From IMG/VR virus record IMGVR_UViG_3300033066_001150, positions 1 to 64,000 of that record: a stretch of DNA of 64,000 nt; one strand, 5' to 3'. The notes under the pieces are model-generated. The model was not told the origin of the DNA. It searched no databases and saw nothing but the letters and a program-made list of their open reading frames with translations. This stretch comes from a virus (taxonomy: Duplodnaviria; Caudoviricetes). Of this stretch, positions 39,860 through 49,700 are shown one piece after another (position 1 is the stretch's first letter; every line of letters starts with the position of its first letter). A program made the translations under genes and the position numbers.

Positions 39860-40064
39860 TGCGGGACCTCCTCAAGCAAGAAACAACGTGCCTCAGTTCT
39901 GTTTGCAAAGAGTGTGGTCGACCGCTCCGGCACGGCGCCAAGGAACTGGATAAACATGGGACGTTGTGTGATGCTTGTTGGGCGGACCGTGAGATTCGGA
40001 TACAGGAACACCAACGCCGTATTCAGCGGGATATCAAACGTCTAGGGCTCCGGGGGAAACGGGA

Positions 40065-40379
40065 ATGTTAGACAGATTTACTACAGTCATCGAAAAGCCG
40101 TTTCCACTCGAGGCCCACGACCGATCAACCCCTTCGGTGGGGGAGTTCTGGGTCTTTGTGGAAGACGGGAACCCGGTGGCGGTGGAGTTCGTGTGTCCGT
40201 GTGGGTGCGGTCATAACCTCCACACACCGCTCGGACTGTCATCTCCGCATCACTGGGAATACCGGGCTGGGAGTGAGGGGCCGACTTTGTCCCCTTCTGT
40301 TCGTTGGACGAGTGGGTGTAAAGCGCATTTCACGGTGACCAATGGCAAGATTCATTGGTACTCTGATTCTGGGAAGTAG
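40065..40379 (+). CDS. DUF6527-like Zn-binding protein
   Basis: CPCGCG...PTLSPSV...CKAHFTVTNGKIHW. Confidence 0.7.
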   Translation: MLDRFTTVIEKPFPLEAHDRSTPSVGEFWVFVEDGNPVAVEFVCPCGCGHNLHTPLGLSSPHHWEYRAGSEGPTLSPSVRWTSGCKAHFTVTNGKIHWYSDSGK

Positions 40380-40381
40380 AC

Positions 40382-43300
40382 ATGCCACGGACCATTCCGC
40401 AACCTCGGGGCTTTTATAACCGCCGGCTCGGTCAGGGTCTCACACGTCGGGACCCCACCCGCACGGCGACCTTGCGGAAGATATTTTCTAATGAACTGCG
40501 ACGACGGATGAGTCGGTTGTTTGCGGATTCGTGGAAGCTGTTGGAAGATAATGGTCTGACAGAGAACGCCTTCTGTCCGACAGGTCCGGGCGGTGGAGTT
40601 GACCCAACCTGCAGTCCAGATCAAATTAGTATACAGCAGGCTTTCGATAGAATGCCATTCGGAGACAACCCCAAGGGGTACACATGGGCTTCGTTGTCTC
40701 TGACTACCTTGGACTCCCTGTTGAAGACAGGAAAGCTCGGATTGATCCATGATGTTGGGGAGTTGTCCGAGGACAGTGTATTATCTAAAGTGAATTCTAA
40801 GAAACTCAACCCTCTAATTGTTACGAAAATAGGGCAGCGGTTTCTTGTTGTGGATGGAAACCATTCTCTCGAGGCGGCCCGTCGTCTTCGGGTGGATTCT
40901 GTGAAAGCCATTGTTCCTAAGAAGTCCCTCTTGTCCTTGAACGCCTTCTGTCCCACTGGAAAGGGCGGTGGTCAAGACAATAGTTGTTCCCCTTCCAACA
41001 AAGGCATGTCTGCTCCGTTTGAAGCGGTGATGGGTCATTGGGACGCCATGCGCTCCAAAGACGCCTATAAAACAATGGGAAAGATCTGGAAATCGGACTA
41101 CGAGGGCACTCGTTGGTTCGACTACACACCAAAGCCGGGGACCAAGGCTTATAAAGAGTTGGATGCTTCGATTAAGTCCGGAGAACTTGTCCGGGAGTTT
41201 GAGGAGCGGTTCGCCTCGGAAGATAAGGAAGTGATGATGATTATCCATCCTTCCTCAGATGACATGTACAACCGAGAAACAGCAAAAGTCTCGGTCTACA
41301 CTTCTTCTAATCGTAACGAAGTCACTCCACATGACCAACCCTTGTCTGGTCGCATTCTGACTCATAATCATCCAGATGGGGCTAACCTATCCTTGTCTGA
41401 TGTAAAAACTGCGGTCCGGAAAGGAGTCCAGGAAATTAGGGCGGTTACTCCAGACGGGACCGTGTACAGCCTCAAAAAGGCAGAAAGCTACTATAAAAAA
41501 CCAGATGGGACACAACACAAGGCGGTTCGTGGACCGGGACAAGATGCTATTGATAAGCGATTAGGGGAGGCTATTCGAAAGCATGTAACTCTCGAAGAAG
41601 CTCAACTCCCCTTAGGCCAACAGCAAGCCATCTATGAAAAAGTCTGGAAGGCGTTTACAAAGGAACCGTTCGTATCAGAGTCCGCTGAAGGGGGCCAACA
41701 CTACACAAGGTACGAGTACACTGTGTCCCGTCGGACGGAGAACGTCTTCTGCCCGACTGGACCGGGCGGAGGTGTGGACCCCACATGCTCTCCTTCCAAT
41801 AAAGGGACAGCGAATGTACCGCAAACTCCGGAAGAGTGGGAAGAGCATTTCCAACATATCAATTTTCTAGGAACGAAGCGAGTTGTAGAGGACCGTGCAA
41901 AAGAGTGGAAGTATCACGCCCCGGTAAACGTGGAAAACGCCGTTGGTCGAAACTTTGAACGGGGTGGGGTCCAGTGGGAGGAAGGCGGAAATTGCCAACT
42001 GGAAACCGGAGTGGTGACTATTTACTCCCGGTCCGTTGGTAGTTCCGTGGAAAATGTGGAACGGATTACAAACCATGAACTGATGCATGGTACGTTCGAA
42101 AAGGTCTATGATAAGTACCGACGAGAACTGGGGAAGATTACCATAGATCACATTCATATGGATGGGACGCTGAAAGCGGAACATTTCAACGAATTCCCCA
42201 CGTATGGTCGAATTCAGGCTCTGTTGGAAAATCATGGCCAGTTCTCTTTAGGCAAGGCCCTACAAAAAGAGGACGGGATTACGGACTATAGCCGGGCTTA
42301 CTGGAAGGATTACGAAGAAGGAAAAGTCAGTTACCATATAGCGGTTCATGAGACCTTGGCGGAAATCGCAGCTATTCATGGAACAACTGGTGTTATCCAA
42401 GGGGAAAAGGTGTGGCGGGATCTCTACAAAGGCATTCGGGACGAGTATCGGGTTCTCCAAGGTCATCAGTCCCGTCGACGTGGTCCCGGTATCCCTAAGC
42501 CGGTCAAGAACTACTCCACGGAAACCGTTTATTTGGATGGGGATTTTCGGCGTGTCCCCCCAGAGCAAGCTGTTTTCATTCATTGGTGGGATGACGCTGG
42601 TTCCCACTGGGGGACTCGGAAGCCCCCGACAAACAATTTCGCCTCTACGCAATTCAATGTCGACGAAGTGGGGGTGCTGACCGCGGTCCATGTTATTCAG
42701 TCCCATCTGGATTCCCGGGATGTGTTAGAACTGGAAACCCAGCCACATATCACGGTTCGGTATGGTCTCCATGATCAGGAAGCTTCGGGTGTGCGGGCGT
42801 TGTACGACAACCAAGTCCCGGTCCGGGTCAAACTGGGTGGCTTGTCCTTGTTCCAGACACCGAAGGCGGATGTGCTAAAAATTGACGTGGATTCCCGTAG
42901 TCTTCCGGCCATTCACGGGCGATTGGGCCTGCTTCCCCACACGAGCACCTTTCCCACGTATATTCCCCATTTGACAGTCGCCTATCTGCGACCGGGCACA
43001 GGTCATAAATACGTGGGGAAAAGCGGTCTGGAAGGGACCGTGTTGACTTTTGATAAGTTGGTGTTCTCGGATGACAACCGTCGGCAGACTACCGTGTCCA
43101 ACGCTTTCTGTCCGACAGGACCGGGGGGTGGACAGGACAATTCCTGTCCACCTAATAGACAGGCGGAAAGTAGCAGCCTTGTCGTTCCAGTACGGTACAC
43201 AGGAAAGAAGGGAACGCCTGTAGAGGTAGTCCACAACCCCACTGAAAAAACACTGAAACGATTAGTGAAAAAGGAAAGGCTCAAGGGGTTGTTGGACCTC

Positions 43301-44815
43301 AAAAACGGTACATGGCATTTCTGGTCAGAGGAAGATGGGGAGCATGAAGATGTAGCCAGAGGAATGGGACTTTCCTCCGGTAATGTGTTCCGTGATGGGA
43401 TAGAGTATGTTCGCCTCTATGCTATAAAGGACCCTCTTAGTCTGGAGGCTCGGATAGCCACGGCTTCCCATGTGGACACACCACTGCCGCGAACACCGTT
43501 TCGGGTACACAACGCCTTCTGTCCGACAGGACCGGGAGGAGGTGTTGATCCGACTTGTAGTCCAAAGGGTGGTTCTAGTCCTGTGACGAAAGCGATCAGG
43601 GAATATGGACCAGTTTTGGCCGAGAGTCGTCAGGGTGGGTACACACTTCGAGTACACGACGAAAATCCAAAGTCGGAGGGACAACCAGCCCATATAAGTG
43701 ATGAGGAAAAACCTTTTTCTGGTGCTGGTCGTATGACCATCGAGTCCCCAGATGGAGAACTTGTAATCGCTGGGAAGTGGATGGATTGGGCGGAAGTACA
43801 TTACCCATCCGACTACACAAAACTCCCGAAAAAAGACAGAGCTGCTCTAGAAGCACAAGAGCAGCTAAAATACGATTTACAGAAGAATTTCCATTTTCAT
43901 AAGGAACGGGGTGGTCTAGTCGCCAACACCTACGACCCTGTCCGTTATCGAGTCTCCAAGTTCGTAAAAGAGTTCACCGCCCGTGTCAAGTCCACGGTCA
44001 AGGATAAACCGTGGTGGGTTGGCTTTATCAATTCTGGATATCAGACGGGTGTGGGTCGAGCATATGACGATCTGAACAAACCAGCTCTGATGACACCAGA
44101 AGAACGCAAAGCTTATCAGGCCGAACGACGGTCCTTCGTTCGGGGCGTTGTAAAGGCGTCCGGTCCGACTGCTCAGAAGTTGTATGCCTCTGTGGAAGAG
44201 GATATTGACCGGATTACAAGTCAGTTGGGAGACAAGCTGCGGGTACAATTGAAACAGGCCCTTGCCGAGGGGTTGTCCTTACGCAAAGTTGCTAAGGGGA
44301 TTCTTGCCAAGGTGGAGGAGGAAGGGTTGCGACGGGCCACAAACGTCGCGAACTATCGCACAGTGGAGGCCCATAACGAGGGTCAGTTAGCGGCCTTTGA
44401 AGACTTGGGTGTGACGGATATCGGTGTGTTGGTAGAATGGACCGTGGCTGGGAACCCGTGCCCACTGTGCAAGCCGATGGCCGGTGTGGTGCTTCGGCCC
44501 AAGGACGCTCATGGATTGATACCCAGACACGTCCATTGTCAGTGCTGTTTCGAGGTCGTGGGAAGTGGGTTCGGGGCTGATAAGGAGGACCTGATTGTAG
44601 ACCGATCGGGGATTCGTAAGGCTATCAAGAAATCCATTTCCCGGGAACGTAAGCAGGGCACGTGGAAAGACAAGTTGGAAGCCACACAATGGAAAGGCCG
44701 GTCGGTGCGGGTGGAAGGGCGGCCCTTGTTCAATGAGGAAGCCTCCCCAGCACTTCGGGCTTTCAGTCAATTCGTGACTTCGCACAAAGCCGCACAGGTC
44801 GAGGAAACACCATGA
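40382..44815 (+). CDS. MuF/SPP1-gp7 head morphogenesis protein with inserted multi-domain cargo
   Basis: N-terminal DPTRT helix; C-terminal VEW...CPLC...IPRHVHCQC; internal ParB-N, JAB, HExxH and 2H domains; five tags. Confidence 0.85.
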   Translation: MPRTIPQPRGFYNRRLGQGLTRRDPTRTATLRKIFSNELRRRMSRLFADSWKLLEDNGLTENAFCPTGPGGGVDPTCSPDQISIQQAFDRMPFGDNPKGYTWASLSLTTLDSLLKTGKLGLIHDVGELSEDSVLSKVNSKKLNPLIVTKIGQRFLVVDGNHSLEAARRLRVDSVKAIVPKKSLLSLNAFCPTGKGGGQDNSCSPSNKGMSAPFEAVMGHWDAMRSKDAYKTMGKIWKSDYEGTRWFDYTPKPGTKAYKELDASIKSGELVREFEERFASEDKEVMMIIHPSSDDMYNRETAKVSVYTSSNRNEVTPHDQPLSGRILTHNHPDGANLSLSDVKTAVRKGVQEIRAVTPDGTVYSLKKAESYYKKPDGTQHKAVRGPGQDAIDKRLGEAIRKHVTLEEAQLPLGQQQAIYEKVWKAFTKEPFVSESAEGGQHYTRYEYTVSRRTENVFCPTGPGGGVDPTCSPSNKGTANVPQTPEEWEEHFQHINFLGTKRVVEDRAKEWKYHAPVNVENAVGRNFERGGVQWEEGGNCQLETGVVTIYSRSVGSSVENVERITNHELMHGTFEKVYDKYRRELGKITIDHIHMDGTLKAEHFNEFPTYGRIQALLENHGQFSLGKALQKEDGITDYSRAYWKDYEEGKVSYHIAVHETLAEIAAIHGTTGVIQGEKVWRDLYKGIRDEYRVLQGHQSRRRGPGIPKPVKNYSTETVYLDGDFRRVPPEQAVFIHWWDDAGSHWGTRKPPTNNFASTQFNVDEVGVLTAVHVIQSHLDSRDVLELETQPHITVRYGLHDQEASGVRALYDNQVPVRVKLGGLSLFQTPKADVLKIDVDSRSLPAIHGRLGLLPHTSTFPTYIPHLTVAYLRPGTGHKYVGKSGLEGTVLTFDKLVFSDDNRRQTTVSNAFCPTGPGGGQDNSCPPNRQAESSSLVVPVRYTGKKGTPVEVVHNPTEKTLKRLVKKERLKGLLDLKNGTWHFWSEEDGEHEDVARGMGLSSGNVFRDGIEYVRLYAIKDPLSLEARIATASHVDTPLPRTPFRVHNAFCPTGPGGGVDPTCSPKGGSSPVTKAIREYGPVLAESRQGGYTLRVHDENPKSEGQPAHISDEEKPFSGAGRMTIESPDGELVIAGKWMDWAEVHYPSDYTKLPKKDRAALEAQEQLKYDLQKNFHFHKERGGLVANTYDPVRYRVSKFVKEFTARVKSTVKDKPWWVGFINSGYQTGVGRAYDDLNKPALMTPEERKAYQAERRSFVRGVVKASGPTAQKLYASVEEDIDRITSQLGDKLRVQLKQALAEGLSLRKVAKGILAKVEEEGLRRATNVANYRTVEAHNEGQLAAFEDLGVTDIGVLVEWTVAGNPCPLCKPMAGVVLRPKDAHGLIPRHVHCQCCFEVVGSGFGADKEDLIVDRSGIRKAIKKSISRERKQGTWKDKLEATQWKGRSVRVEGRPLFNEEASPALRAFSQFVTSHKAAQVEETP

Positions 44816-46218
44816 ACTCAGATATGACTGACGAAGAATACAATCTGGCACTTCTCCGGAAGTTCAGTCGGGTCTCCACACGAAACGCCTTCTGTCCTAC
44901 TGGTCCGGGCGGGGGACAGGACAATTCGTGTTCGCCGAAAGGGGATTCTGCCTATCAGGAAATGGGGAAACGGGCTGCTTTTCTACAACTTGAGACCAAT
45001 GACAAAAAACTCAAGGACGCCTATCTGGGCAGCCAATCGGCTTCTTACGTGTCGGGTCTTGCGGATAAAACCAATGAAATGGAAGACAAGAAGCGATGGA
45101 GGGCTTTGCATACAGACGCCGAAACCAGTCACAAAGCGGCATTACGTGCCTTGAAGAAGCTGGACGGAGACAAAGACCTAATCCAATACCATAAGGAAGC
45201 GTCCCAGCATCATAGCAATGTCTTAGGCGGTGCGGGGGCCCTTCGTCACTCTACTTACGTCCGTTCGGATATTGGGAAAAAGCGCCGGGGCGGATCGACA
45301 CGGAATGCTTTCTGTCCGACTGGTCCGGGTGGGGGAGTAGACCCAACATGTAGCCCCTCCTCCACCACCAAAGGCGGCGAGGACCTTTACAGCGCAACCC
45401 TCGGGAAGGACAAGGTGTGGCGTGTGGGGAAATTACCGGTCCCAGACCACATTCGCAAGCTGGCTATTCCCCCAGCATGGACCAATGTGGAAATCAACCC
45501 CAACCCCAACGGGACAGTCCTAGCTAAGGGGTTGGATTCCAAGGGCCGGGTCCAGACACGATATAGTGATACACATACGGCCCGTCAGTCGGCTGCCAAG
45601 TTTGGTCGGACCCGGGAACTGCTCAAAAAGCGCGAACAGATTTTCAAGGAACTGGATAAGGACGCCAAGGACCCCACACTCAAAGAGCATGCGGAGTGTC
45701 TGAAAGTCATTATGCAGACAGGAATGCGTCCCGGAAGTGATAAGGACACCAAAGCCGAACACGAGTCCTTCGGGGCCACGACTTTGCTGGGTCGCCATGT
45801 AATTCCCCAAGCGGACGGCAGTGTGGTTCTCCGGCTGGCAACCGGCAAGAACAAAGGCCGGGAGGTCGACTTTCCCATTCAGGACAAGGCCACGGCCGCT
45901 ATGCTGCGGGCGCGGGCTAAGGAAACTGGCAAGTCGGGTCGTTTGTTTGGAACAACGGCAGCCCAGTTGCGGAATTATAGTAAGACGAAAGACGGAGGTG
46001 GCTTCAAGACGAAGGACCATCGTACGGCGCTGGGCACGGAGACCGCACTGCGGGCTATCAAAGGGATTAGTAAACCTAGCACCGAGTCCGAATATAAGTC
46101 CCGAGTGAAGGAAGTGGCGACTCGTGTTGCTGCGGTTTTAGGGAACACGCCTCCAATCGCCCTCAAGTCCTACATCGACCCGCAGGTCTTTACTGCTTGG
46201 AACAAGGGATTGAAATGA
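44812..46218 (+). CDS. tagged polyprotein with C-terminal type IB topoisomerase
   Basis: IPPAW, DSKGRVQTRY, GMRPGS, FGATTL, KDHRT, LGNTPPIALKSYIDP; two tags. Confidence 0.88.
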   Translation: MNSDMTDEEYNLALLRKFSRVSTRNAFCPTGPGGGQDNSCSPKGDSAYQEMGKRAAFLQLETNDKKLKDAYLGSQSASYVSGLADKTNEMEDKKRWRALHTDAETSHKAALRALKKLDGDKDLIQYHKEASQHHSNVLGGAGALRHSTYVRSDIGKKRRGGSTRNAFCPTGPGGGVDPTCSPSSTTKGGEDLYSATLGKDKVWRVGKLPVPDHIRKLAIPPAWTNVEINPNPNGTVLAKGLDSKGRVQTRYSDTHTARQSAAKFGRTRELLKKREQIFKELDKDAKDPTLKEHAECLKVIMQTGMRPGSDKDTKAEHESFGATTLLGRHVIPQADGSVVLRLATGKNKGREVDFPIQDKATAAMLRARAKETGKSGRLFGTTAAQLRNYSKTKDGGGFKTKDHRTALGTETALRAIKGISKPSTESEYKSRVKEVATRVAAVLGNTPPIALKSYIDPQVFTAWNKGLK

Positions 46219-46385
46219 CAAACCCTCTTTATGATACAGACGCAGATGCTAAGTGGGATGTCAATCCAGCTGATTGGAGAAATCTTCCGGATAGCGATCT
46301 CACGGACGATGACCAAGACGTCCCCACCCCCAAGCATGTCAAGGATGTGCTGGGCTTCGACCCCGACGAAGAGGATTGGGAATAA
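46215..46385 (+). CDS. small very acidic protein coupled to the topoisomerase gene
   Basis: ATGA overlap; DWR...DDDQD..TP..V..VLGFDP. Confidence 0.65.
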   Translation: MTNPLYDTDADAKWDVNPADWRNLPDSDLTDDDQDVPTPKHVKDVLGFDPDEEDWE

Positions 46386-46387
46386 AT

Positions 46388-46660
46388 ATGACAGATGCCT
46401 TGTCTAGTTTGACAAGTTCACGGGACTTGACGTTCACTCAACATCGTATGGTCGAACTCCTCCGGGACGAGAGACCCCACACACGGTTTGAACTGCGCCA
46501 GTGTCTGCGAGATGATCAGGGCACATTGGAAACAATGCGTGTGCACGTATCCCTGCTTCGGAAGAAACTGGTCCCGCAAGGGTACACGATTCGCAGTGAA
46601 AAGCTGGCGGGCGAGTGCTACTATCGCCTTGTCGCTATCACTCATTTGGGGTCGGAATAA
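46388..46660 (+). CDS. OmpR/PhoB-type winged-helix protein
   Basis: LTFTQHRMVELL...TMRVHVSLLRKKL...YYRL. Confidence 0.7.
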   Translation: MTDALSSLTSSRDLTFTQHRMVELLRDERPHTRFELRQCLRDDQGTLETMRVHVSLLRKKLVPQGYTIRSEKLAGECYYRLVAITHLGSE

Positions 46661-46732
46661 CTGGTTTATCCGCTGGTAAAAAAAATTTAACTCTGTAGAG
46701 TGTTCCGGACTCTGTCGTTACTCTCGACAGCC

Positions 46733-49700
46733 ATGGAACACTATACCTTCAACTTCACGGGTCGGGCGCGGCGTGAGAAGCTTCACGGTCGTGAGTTTCT
46801 TGTTGTTCCCCTGACAATGATCGTCCCCGGTGTCCTCAACGGAAGCCAAGGGGCGTTATTCTATCCCCCCAGCGAAATTAAGCGGAATTCGCAGGCGTGG
46901 AATGGTATCCCGTTGACGGTGGGTCACCCCACACGTAACGGCCAGCAACTCAGTGGTCGGGACCCCTCGGTGTTGAACGAGACCGGTGTGGGGTTTGTGT
47001 TCCATGTCCGTTCCGAAAGCGGTAAGCTGAAAGGCGAAGGTTGGTTTGACGTTGAGGCGGTTCGGAAAGTTGATAATCGAATCTACGACGCCATTATCAA
47101 TGGCCGTAAGATGGAACTGAGTACGGGCCTCTTCACGGACAATCACCCGGCGACCCCCGGTTCCAGTTACAATGGGCGTCCGTACACCCATGTCGCCCGG
47201 AACTATCGTCCGGATCACTTGGCTATTCTTCCTGATCAGGTTGGAGCATGTTCCGTGGAAGATGGGTGTGGGGTCAATGTCAACATAGCAGCTGATCAAG
47301 AAGAGTGTTCCTGTGGCGGTCAGTGTGATGAATGCAAGGCCGGTTTGGAAGAAAACCAAGCTGAGGGGTGCACCTGTGACACGTCAGGCCCCGAGGGGTG
47401 TCCGGTTCACGGCGACACCGAGAAGGTTACCAACTCCAAGCAAGTGATCTGGAACGAGATTGGCAAGGTGTTGGGGATTCTTGAAGCAGTAGAAAATGGA
47501 ATTGTCCAACCACACTCCAAGAATACGGGACGATTCAAATCACCTAGTGCGGGCACGGGAAAAGGGCCTGTCCACGAAGCCGCTCAACGAGGTGCTTTGG
47601 CACTAGACCCAGATGATCATGCTAAGGGCGCCTCCGCCAAAGCCGAAGCAGATGTTGGGACCAACCCAGCTAGCTGGGTGGAGGATGAGGATATTTGGGA
47701 TCGAGCTAAGAAGGCAGCGGATGCTGGGGAGTACGACGCCGACACTTATTGGGCTGTCGTGTCCCATATCTATAAACGGATGGGCGGCAAGTCCAAGTCG
47801 GAAGGGACTACCGACAACGCAGACGACGACTGCCAGTGGGTGACCGCTAGTGGGACCCCTATCTGTATCAAGGGCGGGGAAGTCAAGAAGGGCCCTTCTG
47901 CTCTCAAAAAAGCAGCCGCCAGTGACGGCAAGAAAAGTTCCCACTTCAAAACCAAGGACCGGGACGAAGTCGCCCAGAAAGAAGGTTTCCGCAAACATAG
48001 TGACAAACAGAAGGCACAGGACAAGGCGTTGGGGAAAGCCAACAAAGACGCCATGGATAAGGACCTTGGAGATCTGAAAAAAGAGCTCTTTGGCAAACAG
48101 GGGAAGGCTCAGGCTGCCGGGGAAGTCCACAAGAGGGACCCCATGTTGACCGTTAAGGGCGCCGCCAAAGTGATTGGCAAGCATCTCAAGTCGGGTCTGT
48201 CTAAGGCCGGCGCTCTTGCGGATATGATTGGAACAAAACTGCTGGGCAAGGACGACTTCGAAGCGATCAAAAACATCCCAGATGATGTGAAATCCCGGTT
48301 CCGGAACTTGTTCAAGAAGGGCAAGTTCACGTCCAATGGGGTTGTAGCAATTCATCCAGTCACATTGGAGTGCCTCGTGGAAATGGGTCTTGTCTACAAC
48401 GCTCGTGTGAACAACGCTTTCTGTCCAACCGGTCCCGGTGGCGGTCAGGACAATTCCTGTTCCCGGTACGGTGACGGTGGTTCCTCTAAAGAAAAGGCCG
48501 TGGCCAAAGCTTTAAGCAACTTCAAGATCAAAGAGAACGGGGAATGGTCTTCTGTTAAGGTGGGGTCCCGTGCTTACAAGATTAGAAAAGTCGGTTCCGG
48601 TTACGAAGCTGTCAGTCCTCTTAAAACAAGGACAATTGGGAAAACCGCAGAATCCGCGTTGACCTCTGTTATAGATGTTCGTGACATCCCAAAGGGAACC
48701 GCCACGGACATCGGGGCCAAAGGCCAACAATTCAATAACCCCAAATCCGATGAGGACGCCCAGTTCTTTAAGTCCCGGGCAAGTGCTGAGGCATTTGTGA
48801 AGGAAGCGACGGACAGGGGGTATGATGTAGACTATTCCCACAAGGGAGGCACGTCCCAAGTCCGCATTCAAGGTGTGACAGACGACAACAAGAAAGAAAT
48901 CCGGGCCCTTGGTGATAAGCACGGTCGTGAGAAATCGATCTGGGAACAACCTGTCCCTCCACCACGTGGGACCGCCGCGAAGGACTTGGAAAAGTCCGCG
49001 GTTAGTAAACGCCAACTCGCCAAGGAGTTGAAGGCGGAACGCGCAGCACGGGAAGCCGCCGCAAAGGCCCCTCGAAAAGATGAGGAGGTGTTTGCACGGT
49101 GGAAAGCCAAACAGAAGAAAACGAACAACGCCTTCTGTCCTACTGGTCCTGGTGGGGGTCAAGATAACTCGTGTTCGTCCAAAGGTGGAGGTGGAGGTGT
49201 TAAGGTAGGGGACAAGGATGCGAAAGGCCGCACAGTAATTTCCGACGAGGTCGCATCCATGGGGGCGTCTCTAGCAGACAAACTCAACACTGCGGGTCGC
49301 AAAAGCGATGCGGCCGTAGAGGTATACTCCAATGCTAAGTATCATCGGCTGAAGAGAGAGCAGAAGAAAGCACCTGAGCTCGAAAAGAAAATGAAGGAAG
49401 TCACAAAGCAGTATTATAAGGCCCGCGACGAAGCAGAGGCTTTTGAAAAGAAACATGGCTTGTCTGTTGTCGACGCATGGGAGGCGGATCGCGGTCGAGG
49501 TTGGCCTAGCTACAAGGTGGACACAAGAACTGACACACGTCCTAAGTTCGTACGGCAGTCAGATTCTGAGCCACACAAAACTGAAAATTCGTCGGTGGGG
49601 AATCGCTCCCACTCCGCACGACGCCCACGGTTGGGAGCGAATGTTGTAGGAGTTCGAGATATGAAGCGGGGACAGGTCATCGACGCCCTCGTGAGCAACT

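Larger units (their letters stand above)
38265..49174 (+). repeat. dispersed 16-aa peptide repeat N(A/V)FCPTG(P/K)GGG(QDNS/VDPT)C, 11 copies
   Basis: 48-nt copies starting at 38265, 38643, 40565, 40940, 41741, 43100, 43511, 44884, 45304, 48413 and 49127; codons differ mostly synonymously. Confidence 0.97.

Noticed and set aside
38265-49174. Tag as an intein, an Rhs DPxG autocleavage site or a mobile DNA repeat
   Set aside because: No HINT or Rhs core domains are present, only 5 of 11 copies have DP, and the DNA is synonymously diverged. Autocleavage is not fully excluded.
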